This document shows, piece by piece, positions 39,602 through 50,055 of a stretch of DNA of 64,000 nt (its first letter is position 1; the number at the start of each line of letters is the position of its first letter). This DNA is from an uncultured delta proteobacterium (GTDB taxonomy: Bacteria > Desulfobacterota > Desulfobaccia > Desulfobaccales > 0-14-0-80-60-11). The translations under genes and the position numbers were made by a program. Under the pieces are notes generated by a model. That model worked only from the letters and a program-made list of their open reading frames with translations. It searched no databases and was not told the origin of the DNA. The DNA lies in NCBI GenBank assembly GCA_963812015.1, contig CAWETI010000003.1, positions 1,312,001-1,376,000 on the forward strand, given 5' to 3'.

Positions 39602-41320
39602 ATGTGGATGGAGAGACTGCAAAAACGCCTCCAGGCGGCCCGGGGTGAAGTCCCGGCGGAAATGGTGCTCACCGGCGGTCGGCTGGCCAATGTCTATACC
39701 GGTGCGTGGCAGGACACCGATGTAGCCTTGTTCGATGGGATTATCGTCGGGTTGGGGGATTATCCCGGACCCCGGCTGAACGTCACGGGCCGCTATATTC
39801 TCCCGGGTTTCATCGATGGCCACCTCCATCTCGAGAGCAGCATGCTTACTCCCCGGGAACTGGCCCGGGCCCTGTTACCCCTGGGGACGACCACCGTGGT
39901 GGCGGACCCCCATGAGATCGCCAACGTCTGGGGTCCTGCGGGTCTGGATTATCTGCTGGAAGCCAGTGCGGCCCTGCCGGTGGATTTTTTCTTCATGCTG
40001 CCCTCCTGCGTGCCTGCCACTCCCCTGGAAACCGCCGGGGCGCTCCTGGAAGCCGCTGACCTTGCGCCATACCGGCGTCATCCCCGTATCCTGGGGTTGG
40101 CGGAGGTGATGAATTTTCCCGGTTTGGTGGCCGGAGACCAGGGACTCCTGGCCAAGCTCGCCCTTTTTCCCCAAGGCCCGCTGGATGGCCATGCCCCGCT
40201 GCTCTCCGGCAGAGCCCTCAACGCCTACCGGTTGGCCGGTATCGGCTCCGATCATGAATGCACCCGTTTAGCGGAGGCCCAGGAAAAGCTAGGTTTGGGG
40301 TTTTACCTGATGCTGCGGGAAGGGAGCCTGGCCAAAAACCTGGCTGATCTTCTCCCGACCGTGACCCCCGCCAGCCTGCGTCGCACCATGTTGGTCACCG
40401 ACGACAGCCACCCGGAAGACCTGGCCCGCAACGGACATCTCAACCATCTCCTCCGCCAGGCGGTATCCCTGGGCCTCGATCCATTGGCCGCAGTGAGCAT
40501 GGTGACCATTAATCCGGCGGAATATTTTCGCCTCCGGGACCGGGGCGCGGTGGCCCCGGGACTGGCGGCCGATCTGGTGGTGGTGGAGGACCTCAGGGAA
40601 TTCCGCATTGACAAAGTCCTGAAATGCGGCAAACTGCTGGTGGATCAGGGCAAGCTGGCGGCGGCCCCGGAAGTTTCCCCCCAGCCGCCTCCGACCTCTC
40701 CCCTGCGCGTGAAAGACTTGTGCCTGGAGGCCTTTTCACCCCCGGCGGCCGGGAGTGTGGTCAAGGTCATCGGCCTGATTCCCGACCAATTGCTCACCGA
40801 AAAGCGTCTCTTGCCCGCCCCCGTCCGGGAGGGCCGCCTGGCAACGGCCCCCGCCCAGGACCTCCTGAAGCTGGCCGTGGTGGAACGGCATCACGGCACC
40901 GGCCACCTGGGCCTGGGAATGGTCCAGGGATTCGGGTTGCCCCAGGGCGCCCTGGCCTCCTCCGTGGCCCATGATTCCCATAATATCGTGGTGGTGGGAG
41001 CCAGCGAGGCGGATATGCTCCAGGCGGTTCGCCATCTGCTGGACCTGGGGGGCGGGCTGGCGGTGGTGGCCGGCGGCCGGGTAGTGGCCGACCTGGCGCT
41101 CCCCATCGCCGGTTTGATCAGCCCTTGGCCCCTGGAACGAGTGGCTGCCGCCTATGCCCGCCTCAAGGCCGCCTACCACGCTTTAGGGGGAGTGCTCCCC
41201 GATCCTTTCATGGCCTTGTCTTTTTTGGCCCTGCCGGTCATCCCGGCCTTGAAACTCACGGACCTGGGGCTGGTGGACGTGGACCGCTTCCAGATCGTGC
41301 CCCTCTTTGGCCCGGATTGA
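39602..41320 (+). CDS. ade: adenine deaminase
   Basis: PGFIDGHLHLESS, DPHEIANV, DGHAP, DHEC, SVAHDSHN. Confidence 0.95.
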   Translation: MWMERLQKRLQAARGEVPAEMVLTGGRLANVYTGAWQDTDVALFDGIIVGLGDYPGPRLNVTGRYILPGFIDGHLHLESSMLTPRELARALLPLGTTTVVADPHEIANVWGPAGLDYLLEASAALPVDFFFMLPSCVPATPLETAGALLEAADLAPYRRHPRILGLAEVMNFPGLVAGDQGLLAKLALFPQGPLDGHAPLLSGRALNAYRLAGIGSDHECTRLAEAQEKLGLGFYLMLREGSLAKNLADLLPTVTPASLRRTMLVTDDSHPEDLARNGHLNHLLRQAVSLGLDPLAAVSMVTINPAEYFRLRDRGAVAPGLAADLVVVEDLREFRIDKVLKCGKLLVDQGKLAAAPEVSPQPPPTSPLRVKDLCLEAFSPPAAGSVVKVIGLIPDQLLTEKRLLPAPVREGRLATAPAQDLLKLAVVERHHGTGHLGLGMVQGFGLPQGALASSVAHDSHNIVVVGASEADMLQAVRHLLDLGGGLAVVAGGRVVADLALPIAGLISPWPLERVAAAYARLKAAYHALGGVLPDPFMALSFLALPVIPALKLTDLGLVDVDRFQIVPLFGPD

Positions 41321-41520
41321 GGCGGATAATTCCCCCGGGGCTTTGGGGCTGCCCTGGTCAAGGGGGTTCCCATGCCTATAGTCAGAAAACTCGAACGTCT
41401 GGCAGCAGTTGAGGGCTGGGGCAGATGAAGGATTTTATACGATAAACTGGTCTTGGCCAGTCCGGATCGCGTTTGCTGATGCCTGGCCCCCGACCCCTGA
41501 TCCCTGCTGATGGAGGGCTT

Positions 41521-42504
41521 ATGAGTTTAGTGCTGACGGGTTCCGAGGTGATGCAGGTGCTGGATATGGACCTGGCCCTGACCGCGGTTGAGGCTGCCTT
41601 TCGGGCTTATGGCGAAGGCCGGGTGAACATGCCGCCCAAGGCCTATTTAACCCTGGCGCAAGGTGACTTCCGGGCCATGTACGGCGAGATCTTTCTTCCC
41701 AACGACCATATCTGCGGTTTGAAGTGGGTCAATGTTCATCCCGGGAACCCGGCCAAAGCCTTGTTGACGGTGATGGCCAAGATCCTCCTGAATGATCCGG
41801 ACACGGGCCTGGAGTTCGCCGACCTGGACGGCACCCATATCACCGACTTTCGCACCGGCGCGGCGGGAGGGGTGGCTGCCAGGCATCTGGCCCGCCCCGA
41901 CGCCACCCGGTTGGGGCTGATAGGCGCCGGGGCTCAGGCTCGCACCCAGGTCGCAGCCATCTTAAAGGTGCGGTCCATCCAGGAAATCGTGGTGTTCGAC
42001 CGGCACCGGGAACACTCTGAGGCTTTTGCGGCCGAAGTGGCGGCGGCCTACGGGCTGAAAGCCCGGGCCGCCACCGAAGCAGCCGAGGCGGTGACCGGTC
42101 AGGACATCGTGGTTACCACCACCCCCACCCGGACCCCGGTGGTGGCCCGGGAGTGGGTGTCGCCGGGGACCCATATCAACGCCATCGGCGCGGATGCCGC
42201 CGGCAAACAGGAACTGGACCCGGCGATTCTTAGCGCGGGCAAGGTGGTGGTGGACGACTGGGCCCAGGCGTCCCACTCCGGGGAGATCAATGTGGCCCTG
42301 GCCCGGGGCGAGCTGACCCCGGAGCAGATCTATGGCTCTTTGGGGGAGATTGTGGCCGGGAAGAGGCCGGGGCGGAAGAATCCCGAGGAGATTACGGTGT
42401 TTGACTCCACCGGCCTCATCATTCAGGACCTGGCCCTGGGGCTGGCGGTTTACCAGCGCGCCAAGGAAAGGGGCCTGGGGGAGGAGAAGGATTTTTTGAG
42501 ATAA
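41521..42504 (+). CDS. ala: ornithine cyclodeaminase/mu-crystallin family protein, probably archaeal-type alanine dehydrogenase
   Basis: GDFRAM, KWVNVHPGN, RTGAAG, INAIGADA.GKQE, FDSTGL.IQD. Confidence 0.8.
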   Translation: MSLVLTGSEVMQVLDMDLALTAVEAAFRAYGEGRVNMPPKAYLTLAQGDFRAMYGEIFLPNDHICGLKWVNVHPGNPAKALLTVMAKILLNDPDTGLEFADLDGTHITDFRTGAAGGVAARHLARPDATRLGLIGAGAQARTQVAAILKVRSIQEIVVFDRHREHSEAFAAEVAAAYGLKARAATEAAEAVTGQDIVVTTTPTRTPVVAREWVSPGTHINAIGADAAGKQELDPAILSAGKVVVDDWAQASHSGEINVALARGELTPEQIYGSLGEIVAGKRPGRKNPEEITVFDSTGLIIQDLALGLAVYQRAKERGLGEEKDFLR

Positions 42505-42644
42505 GGGAATTAAGCAAGGAGCTCAGGGAACCCCCTTCCCCTTTGGCTTCCAAGGGCATTCGCTGTCTCATAAACCTTCCTCGCCCTGGGGCCAGAACCG
42601 TTCATTTTATATTGCCGAACAGCTCCTTAGGTCCGATGTCATCT

Positions 42645-42998
42645 TTAAGATGACAAGCCCAGAAAGGTTTTAACTTTCTCCAACACTATCGGCCTTTCGG
42701 CCGGGTCGAACTCCCACAGGGTGGTCTGCTGGGGGGCGTCCTTGTCGTCATCCTGGCAGTCGCCGAAGCCGCAGACCGATGGGGTGGCCTTGGGAGGGCC
42801 CAGGATTTGAGCCAGGTGGTCGGTCACCTGAGCCAGCTCCCCCCGGACCGGCCAGACGCTTAGGACCAGATGATCCCGGGCGATGCGCAGGTGGAGATTG
42901 AGGGCCCCCTCCGGGTCGGCGGGCCCGGCTTCGACGCCCTCGAAGTTCGTCCCCCTGCGGTCTTCACTTACCTTGAAATCAAATTTCACCGGTAACAT
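42645..42998 (-). CDS. hypothetical protein
   Basis: ORF with AAGGA RBS, 6 nt from the upstream ORF. Confidence 0.65.
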   Translation of the reverse strand: MLPVKFDFKVSEDRRGTNFEGVEAGPADPEGALNLHLRIARDHLVLSVWPVRGELAQVTDHLAQILGPPKATPSVCGFGDCQDDDKDAPQQTTLWEFDPAERPIVLEKVKTFLGLSS

Positions 42999-43004
42999 GA
43001 GTCA

Positions 43005-43241
43005 TTATCCTTTGCCGGCGCAACGCTGGCACAAGAGCCCCTCCGGGGTCTCCCGATGCCACCCTTTGAGCACCACGGCGCCACAGTGTGAGCAGATACC
43101 CAGGATGGTAGGCGATCCATGTCCCCACACCGCCTGTCCCTTGGGGCCCAGACCCAATTTCTGCAGGAAACGCTGCCACCATACCCGGAGAGATGCCAAT
43201 CCCATGGCTTGCATTATAGCAGAGTTCCTGCTATTTTCCAT
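43005..43241 (-). CDS. small putative zinc-ribbon protein
   Basis: CSHC...CQRC pairs. Confidence 0.6.
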   Translation of the reverse strand: MENSRNSAIMQAMGLASLRVWWQRFLQKLGLGPKGQAVWGHGSPTILGICSHCGAVVLKGWHRETPEGLLCQRCAGKG

Positions 43242-43423
43242 AACTCCGGCGCCTGGGTGGATACCCGGACCCGGGGTCGGGTCCTTGCCGAGCCGGGAGA
43301 GGGGCGGAGATGGCAGCAGCTATGAATTTGCTTTTTGAGATTTTTCACGCTAACATGGTAAATAAATCAGACCGGGAAAAAACCGACGTAATCGGGAAAT
43401 AGATAGATAAGGAGATAGGCGAC

Positions 43424-46237
43424 ATGGCCAAGGCAACGACGAAACGTTATTGCTATGCCTTCGAAGAAGGTGACGGAACCAATAAAAAACTGCTGGGAGG
43501 CAAGGGAGCCGGCCTGTGCACCATGACCCAGATTAACCTGCCGGTGCCCCCGGGGTTCGTTATCACCACCGAAGCCAACGTGGAATATTTCACCCAGGGG
43601 TCGCATTTTCCTGATGGGCTCATGAATGAGGTCCATGATTACATGTCGGCCCTGGAAGCCAAGACCGGCAAAGGTTTTGGCGACCCGGCCAAGCCCTTGC
43701 TGGTATCGGTTCGTTCCGGTTCCGCCCTCTCCATGCCGGGCATGATGGATACCATCCTCAACCTGGGACTCAATGATGATACGGCCAAAGGCATGATCGA
43801 GCTGACTCAGAATGAGCGCTTCGTCAACGACGCCTACCGCCGTTTTCTGCAACTCTTCGGCAAGATCGGCTTGGGGATGTCGGATGCCGATTTTGACAAG
43901 ATTTTTGACGACATTAAGGAAAAGCATCGCGCCACCGTTGATACCGAGCTGACCACCGAAGCCCTGGCTGAAGTGATAGATGAGTTTAAGAATCTCATCA
44001 AGAAGACCACCGGACGGCCTTTTCCCCATGACCCCTGGGCCCAATTAGTGATTGCCGTGGAAGGAGTGTTCAGATCCTGGATGGGTAAGCGGGCGGTGGA
44101 TTATCGTCGCCAGTTCAACATTACTCCCGAATTGGCCAATGGCACTGCGGTAAACATCTGCACCATGGTCTTCGGCAACATGGGCAACGATTCGGCCACC
44201 GGCGTAGGTTTTACCCGGGACCCGGGCAACGGGGAAAATGTGCTGTATGGTGATTATCTGATCAACGCCCAGGGTGAGGATGTGGTGGCGGGGATCCGCA
44301 CCCCCCGGCCCCTGCGGGAGCTGCGCACCGATATGCCGACCATCTACCGGGAACTAGAAAAGCTGCGCAGCACCCTGGAGAAGCACTATCGGGAAGTGCA
44401 GGATTTCGAGTTCACCATCGAGCGGGGCAAGCTCTACATGCTCCAGACCCGTAATGGTAAAATGAATGCCTGGGCCCTCACCAAGACCTCGGTGGACATG
44501 TACAAGGAAGGCCTGATTTCCGAAGAGGAGGCCCTGCTGCGGGTCGAGGCGGACATGCTGGAGCAGTTTCTCCACCGCCGCATCGATCCCGATGCCAAAA
44601 TCGAGCCTTTGGGCGGCGGCATCTCGGCCTCTCCCGGCGCCGCCACCGGGAAGGTGGTGTTCGATGCCGACCGGGCCGAAAGAATGGGGAATTTGGGTGA
44701 GAAAATTATCCTGACCCGTATTGAGACCAAACCGGAGGACATTCATGGGTTTTTTGTGGCCCAGGGTATTCTCACCAGCCGGGGCGGCAAGACCTCCCAC
44801 GCCGCGGTGGTGGCCCGGGGCATGGGCAAGCCCTGCGTGTCCGGGGTCGAGGGCCTGGATATCAATTATGAACTGAAAGAGGCCCGCATCGGCGGGACCG
44901 TTATCAAAGAAGGGGATATTATCACCATCGACGGCACCTCCGGCAACGTCTTTCTCGGCGCGGTCCCCATGCTGGACCCGGAGTTCGGGCAGGACCTGCC
45001 GTTGTTGTTGAAATGGGCCGATGATATCGCCCGCCTGGAGGTCTGGGCCAACGCCGACACCCCCGAGGCGGCCGCCATGGCTCGTCACCATGGGGCCAAG
45101 GGGATCGGATTGTGCCGCACCGAGCGGATGTTTAACGCCGCGGACCGCCTGCCCCTGGTGCGTAACATGATTCTATCCGACACCCCGGAAGAGCGGAAAC
45201 GCTGGTGCGATCAACTCATGCCCTTGCAGCGCCAGGACTTCCTGGAAATCTTCCGGGCCATGACCGGGCTGCCGGTGGTCGTCCGATTGTTCGACCCGCC
45301 GTTGCACGAATTTTTGCCCAGCTCCGAAGAATTGCTCAATGAGATCAACCGCCTGAAAGAATTCAATCAGGTGATGTATTCCCTGGAGCAGTTGCCCCAG
45401 ACCATGACCATGCTGGATTCGGAACTCTACAAATATGTTCCCAGCATTGAGGCGGTGACCCGGGAATTCAGCCAGTACAAGGCCAAGGGGCTGGACCAGA
45501 ATCTCCTGGCCCAGAAAGAGCGGATGCTGCGCATGGTGCGGGTGTTGACGGAAGTCAACCCCATGCTGGGCAACCGGGGAGTGCGCCTGGGGATCTCCCA
45601 TCCGGAGGTCTACGATATGCAGATCCAGGCCATCTTTGAGGCCACCGCGCTGGCCCTGCGGGAAAAGATCGACGTGCGGCCGGAAGTCATGATCCCCCAG
45701 GTCTGCACCCGGCAAGAGCTGATCTTTGTCAAGGAGCGGGCCGACCGCATCCATCAAGAGGTGGAGAAGCGCTACAACGTCAAGATCAAGTATAAATTCG
45801 GCACCATGATGGAAGTGGTGCGGGCCTGTCTCCGGGCCTCCCGGATGGCGGAAATCGCGGAGTTCTTCTCCTTCGGCACCAACGACCTGTCCCAGGCCAC
45901 CTTCTCCTTCTCCCGGGAAGATGCCGAGAACAAGTTCCTGCCCATCTACAACACTGAGGGAATACTGCGGCACAATCCCTTCGAGATCCTGGATGAATTG
46001 GGGGTAGGCCGGCTGATGGAAATCGCCGTGACCGAAGGCCGCCAGACCCGGCCCGACCTGAAGGTCGGCATCTGCGGCGAACACGGCGGCCAACCCCAGG
46101 CGGTGGAGTTCTGCCACCGCACCGGCCTGACCTACGTATCATGCTCCCCAATGCGGATCCCCATTGCCCGCATGGCCGCAGCCCACGCGGTAATCAAGGA
46201 GAAAAAGGGCGCCGGGGGCAGGTCCAAGGCGCTTTAG
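43424..46237 (+). CDS. ppdK: pyruvate, phosphate dikinase
   Basis: LGGKG, SVRSG..SMPGMMDT, GGKTSHAAVVAR, GLCRTE, SFGTNDL, GICGEHGG. Confidence 0.97.
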   Translation: MAKATTKRYCYAFEEGDGTNKKLLGGKGAGLCTMTQINLPVPPGFVITTEANVEYFTQGSHFPDGLMNEVHDYMSALEAKTGKGFGDPAKPLLVSVRSGSALSMPGMMDTILNLGLNDDTAKGMIELTQNERFVNDAYRRFLQLFGKIGLGMSDADFDKIFDDIKEKHRATVDTELTTEALAEVIDEFKNLIKKTTGRPFPHDPWAQLVIAVEGVFRSWMGKRAVDYRRQFNITPELANGTAVNICTMVFGNMGNDSATGVGFTRDPGNGENVLYGDYLINAQGEDVVAGIRTPRPLRELRTDMPTIYRELEKLRSTLEKHYREVQDFEFTIERGKLYMLQTRNGKMNAWALTKTSVDMYKEGLISEEEALLRVEADMLEQFLHRRIDPDAKIEPLGGGISASPGAATGKVVFDADRAERMGNLGEKIILTRIETKPEDIHGFFVAQGILTSRGGKTSHAAVVARGMGKPCVSGVEGLDINYELKEARIGGTVIKEGDIITIDGTSGNVFLGAVPMLDPEFGQDLPLLLKWADDIARLEVWANADTPEAAAMARHHGAKGIGLCRTERMFNAADRLPLVRNMILSDTPEERKRWCDQLMPLQRQDFLEIFRAMTGLPVVVRLFDPPLHEFLPSSEELLNEINRLKEFNQVMYSLEQLPQTMTMLDSELYKYVPSIEAVTREFSQYKAKGLDQNLLAQKERMLRMVRVLTEVNPMLGNRGVRLGISHPEVYDMQIQAIFEATALALREKIDVRPEVMIPQVCTRQELIFVKERADRIHQEVEKRYNVKIKYKFGTMMEVVRACLRASRMAEIAEFFSFGTNDLSQATFSFSREDAENKFLPIYNTEGILRHNPFEILDELGVGRLMEIAVTEGRQTRPDLKVGICGEHGGQPQAVEFCHRTGLTYVSCSPMRIPIARMAAAHAVIKEKKGAGGRSKAL

Positions 46238-46324
46238 GGAAGGGTGGGGGGCCGGATCCCCTCCGGCCTAACCATGAAAACTGAGAAGGGGTCAGGGGCC
46301 AGGGCTCTTGACCCCGATTTTTTT

Positions 46325-47428
46325 ATGATGTTGCCCCGATCAATTAAGCGGATTGTGATGGAAAAGGAGGCCGGGGACTACGCCATGACCCGGCGGATTC
46401 TGGCGCGGTTGCCCGGCGTACCGGTGGAAGTTATCCAGGACCGGGAGGCCCTGCAGGGTGCGGCGCGGGACCGGGCCGCCTGGCTGTCCGAAGCCAAGTC
46501 CACCCTGCTGCTGGCGGTCCAGAAAGGACCTTTCTGGCGGCCTTGTCCCGGGACCAGGGACTATGTCTGCTGCGGCTACCAGGTTCTCCAGGCCACCCTC
46601 AACTGCCCCATGGACTGCACCTACTGTATACTTCAGGGCTATGTCAACGTCCCGGCCGTCACTCTCTTTGTCAACCTTGAGGATATGCTGGAAGAGCTTG
46701 AGACCCGGTGGTCGGAACATCCGGATCAGGTGTGGCGCTTGGGCACCGGGGAATTTGGCGACAGCCTGGCCCTGGACGACCTCATGGGCCTCAATGAGCG
46801 CCTGATTCCCCGGTTTGCCGGTCGGCGGCAGGCCGTCTTGGAGATCAAGAGTAAGTGGCCTCACCTGGACCATCTCCTCTCCCTGGGTCCCAACCCCCAG
46901 GTTATTTTCGCCTGGTCCCTCAATCCCCCGGAGATTATTTTAGGCGAAGAGAAATTCGCCGCTTCTTTAGAGATGCGCCTCAAGGCGGCAGCCCGGGCCG
47001 TGGGTGCGGGATTCCGGGTGGCCTTTCACTTCGATCCCTTGATCTATTTTCCGGGTTGGGAAGAGGCTTATCAGCGTACGGTTGAACGCCTCGGCGCGGC
47101 GGTCCCCTCTCAGGCCATCGCCTGGATCAGCATGGGGGGATTGCGCTTCTTACCGCCGCTGCGCCAGCTCATTTTCCGGCGCTTCCCCAGGAGCCGCATC
47201 GCCGCCCAAGAGATGGTCCTGGCCCCGGATGGCAAGCTCCGCTATTTCAAGAGTTTGCGCGTCGAGATGTACGCCCGCATGCGGGAGTGGCTGAGTCAGG
47301 CAGCCCCGGAAGCCCTCCTCTATCTCTGCATGGAAAGCCCCAGAGTCTGGACTGAGGTCTTCGGGTTCACTCCCGAGGGGGAGGGCCTGTCCAATCTACT
47401 GGACGGACGAGTCCTGTCCCGCCATTGA
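46325..47428 (+). CDS. SPL (spore photoproduct lyase)-family radical SAM protein
   Basis: NCPMDCTYC, GTGEFGDSL, WSLNP, YLCME; start uncertain. Confidence 0.85.
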   Translation: MMLPRSIKRIVMEKEAGDYAMTRRILARLPGVPVEVIQDREALQGAARDRAAWLSEAKSTLLLAVQKGPFWRPCPGTRDYVCCGYQVLQATLNCPMDCTYCILQGYVNVPAVTLFVNLEDMLEELETRWSEHPDQVWRLGTGEFGDSLALDDLMGLNERLIPRFAGRRQAVLEIKSKWPHLDHLLSLGPNPQVIFAWSLNPPEIILGEEKFAASLEMRLKAAARAVGAGFRVAFHFDPLIYFPGWEEAYQRTVERLGAAVPSQAIAWISMGGLRFLPPLRQLIFRRFPRSRIAAQEMVLAPDGKLRYFKSLRVEMYARMREWLSQAAPEALLYLCMESPRVWTEVFGFTPEGEGLSNLLDGRVLSRH

Positions 47429-47749
47429 GACTGGCGAACTTCGTTTACCGCGCTTGCCCTTGGCTTTGTGGACCCCAGTTCCTTCGCCTGGGGAGTCAAA
47501 GATCTCTTGCAGGCGCATGCGCACCCCGAAGGCGGTCAGGTGTTCTTGCTCCAGCAAGCGCTTGATGGCCTTGACCCGATCCAGGTCTTCCAGGGTATAC
47601 TCCCGACGGTTGGATTGAGTGCGGGCGGGTTTCAGAAAGTCATCGAAGGATTTTTCCCAATACCGCAGGGTGGATTTGCGCACCCCGGTAAGCTGGGAAA
47701 TCTGATCGATGGTTAGCATTAGCCTATGAGAAATACTCGATGTTTCCAT
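47396..47749 (-). CDS. MerR-family HTH regulator
   Basis: TIDQISQLTGVRKSTLRYWE...R..NRREY. Confidence 0.88.
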   Translation of the reverse strand: METSSISHRLMLTIDQISQLTGVRKSTLRYWEKSFDDFLKPARTQSNRREYTLEDLDRVKAIKRLLEQEHLTAFGVRMRLQEIFDSPGEGTGVHKAKGKRGKRSSPVSMAGQDSSVQ

Positions 47750-48421
47750 AACCCTCCTTTCTGTACTTGATCAAGTCTCTGGCTCAAGGTCTCGATGGCC
47801 CGGTCGCCCTTTCGATATAATGTTCTCCAGGCTCGCAGGGCCTCAAAGCTTTTGACGGAAAAAGCTCTCAGCTATCAGCACGGCTACTTGTGGGCACAAC
47901 GCGGCTAGCCTCTAGGGCCGGCGGAGCTCGCCATAATTCCTCTTGAAAATGACGTGTCACATATTTTCATTCTTCGTGGTGACCTCCCCGGGGTCACGGT
48001 ACGTTCGGATGAGGAAAAAGGCCCCATTTCCTGCCATAACGCCGGGTATCCTCGTCGGCGATCCTGATTTGCGCAGGTGTCCCTTTCCTGAAGATCTGCA
48101 GTTTCCCTGAAGATTCTCAACCTGCCTCAGTTCATGGGGTGAGATTTTCTCTCCCTTTCCTTTGGTCCGGGCTGGCTGCTTCCTTGGCTCTGGTTCAACT
48201 TCTTTAGCAGCCTGCTGAGCCACCTATTGCTCTTTTCGAGATTCCTGGGGAAAAACTTTAAAAAAAATATTCTTGCCCGGGGCCGGATGATCATTTGGCT
48301 TATCAGGTTGGAATGAGACAGAAAAGTCAACTTGATCCCTTGGGTGATCGGCGGGTAAGTCAAACAGAAGGGAGAACAAAACGGGAGCGTTTTTCCCAAG
48401 TTCTCCAGGTTTATCCACGTT

Positions 48422-48448
48422 TATGAAAAATATGAAAAATATGAAAAA
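48422..48448 (+). repeat. 9-mer tandem repeat (TATGAAAAA)x3
   Basis: Direct reading. Confidence 0.8.
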
Positions 48449-48461
48449 AAGTTTAAGGTAA

Positions 48462-49260
48462 TCAGGCGGAACAGACCAGGCATTGGGGGTTTGGTCGGAT
48501 GGTTTTTTCAGTGAATTGGAACTGATTGCCCTTAAAAATTAAGACCCGGCCCAGAAGCGCCGGTCCTATCCCGCCCAGGATGCGCAGGACCTCAAGGGCT
48601 TGAAGCGACCCCATGATACCCGGCAGGGGACCCAGCAGGGCAGGGCGGAGGGTGGACGGGGTCTCGAGGCCCGAGCACGCCAGGCAAGGGCCATCACCCG
48701 GCCAGAAGGTGGTTAAGCGGCCGGTCATCTCCCATACCCAGGCATGTACCAGGGGGATTTTCTGCCTGGCCGCCGCCAGGTTCAGGAGGGGCCCCGTCCC
48801 GGGGCTATTACTGGCGTCGATCAGCAGGTTGCAGCCATTCGCCAGGCGGAAGACGTTGTGCTCGGAAAGGGCCTTAACCTGGCCCTCCACGCTGACAAAG
48901 GGATTGATTTCTTTGAGTCGTTGTTCGGCCACGGTGGCCTTGGCCTTGCCAAGATCACGCTCCCGGAAGAGCACCTGGTGGTTCAAATCGACGAGACTCA
49001 CCCGGGAGTCATCCACCAGGCGGATGGCGCCTAACCCCCCCGGCCAGAAGGTAAAGCGCCGTAGCCGATGCCAGGCCGCCAGCCCCGGCAATAAGAATAT
49101 GGGAGGATTTAAGGCGTTCCTGAGCTTCACGCCCCCACCCATCCAGGGTCATCTGGCGGGCGTAGCGGGTGACTTCGGCAGGGCTTAATGGAGAAATAAC
49201 GGTCCCTCTCTCCGGGCTGGCGCGCACCTGCACCCCCGGGATATTCTGCTTTGGCCGCAA
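48462..49260 (-). pseudogene. frameshifted ThiF/MoeB/HesA-family adenylyltransferase
   Basis: RYARQ..GAGGLA in one frame; GAIRLVD..DLGKAKA..CLAC..CLVC in another; junction at the G7 run 49035-49041. Confidence 0.8.
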
Positions 49261-49389
49261 TGGCCCCTTCTGACCAGCCTGCCCCCCAACTCGCGCCCAC
49301 CTATCCTGTCGGCAAGATATCCCACAAACTTTAACTTTCCGGGTGGGGCAGGTATAATGAATAAAGCGTTAAGAACACGGAGATTCCAG

Positions 49390-50055
49390 GTGATCAAGTT
49401 AGTGGAGGTGTGCAAGGTTTACCACCGAGGGCCTGAAACGATCCAGGCCCTCGACAACCTCACCCTGGAGATCGACTCCGGGGAATTTGTGGCCATCACC
49501 GGCAAGAGCGGCTGCGGCAAGAGCACCCTCTTGCATATCATCGGTGGCCTGGAGCCCGTAAGCCGCGGCCGGGTATTCCTGGACGGCCACGACCTGGCGG
49601 TTCTGGCGGAACCCGCGCTGACTCGATTCCGGCGGGACCGGGTGGGGGTGGTATTCCAATCCTTTAACCTGCTGCCCCTTTTGACCCTGGAAGAAAACGT
49701 CGCCCTGCCCCGGGTTCTCCAGGGGGCCACTTATGAGCAGGCTCAACAAGAAGCGGCCCATTGGTTGGCGGAGGTGGATTTGAGCGCCCGCCGGAGCCAC
49801 AAGCCTCACCAGGTCTCCGGCGGCGAGATGCAGCGGGCCGCCATTGCCCGGGCCCTGATCAATCAGCCGGCGGTCATTCTGGCCGACGAACCCACCGGCA
49901 ACCTGGATTCCGTTACCGCCGCCCAGATCCTGCAACTCTTCTCTCACCTGAACCGCCGCTGGGGCAAAACCATCGTCCTGGTAAGCCATGCGCCGGAGGC
50001 CGGCCAGGTTGCCCACCGGGTGCTGCGGCTGGCGGACGGCCGGCTGCTGACATGA
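49390..50055 (+). CDS. ABC transporter ATP-binding protein (LolD-like)
   Basis: GKSGCGKS, SGGEMQR, ADEPTGNLD. Confidence 0.93.
   Translation: MIKLVEVCKVYHRGPETIQALDNLTLEIDSGEFVAITGKSGCGKSTLLHIIGGLEPVSRGRVFLDGHDLAVLAEPALTRFRRDRVGVVFQSFNLLPLLTLEENVALPRVLQGATYEQAQQEAAHWLAEVDLSARRSHKPHQVSGGEMQRAAIARALINQPAVILADEPTGNLDSVTAAQILQLFSHLNRRWGKTIVLVSHAPEAGQVAHRVLRLADGRLLT

Noticed and set aside
47957..48223. 88-aa minus-strand ORF upstream of merR
   Set aside because: Low-complexity, no motif, and several competing overlapping short ORFs; cannot be supported as a gene
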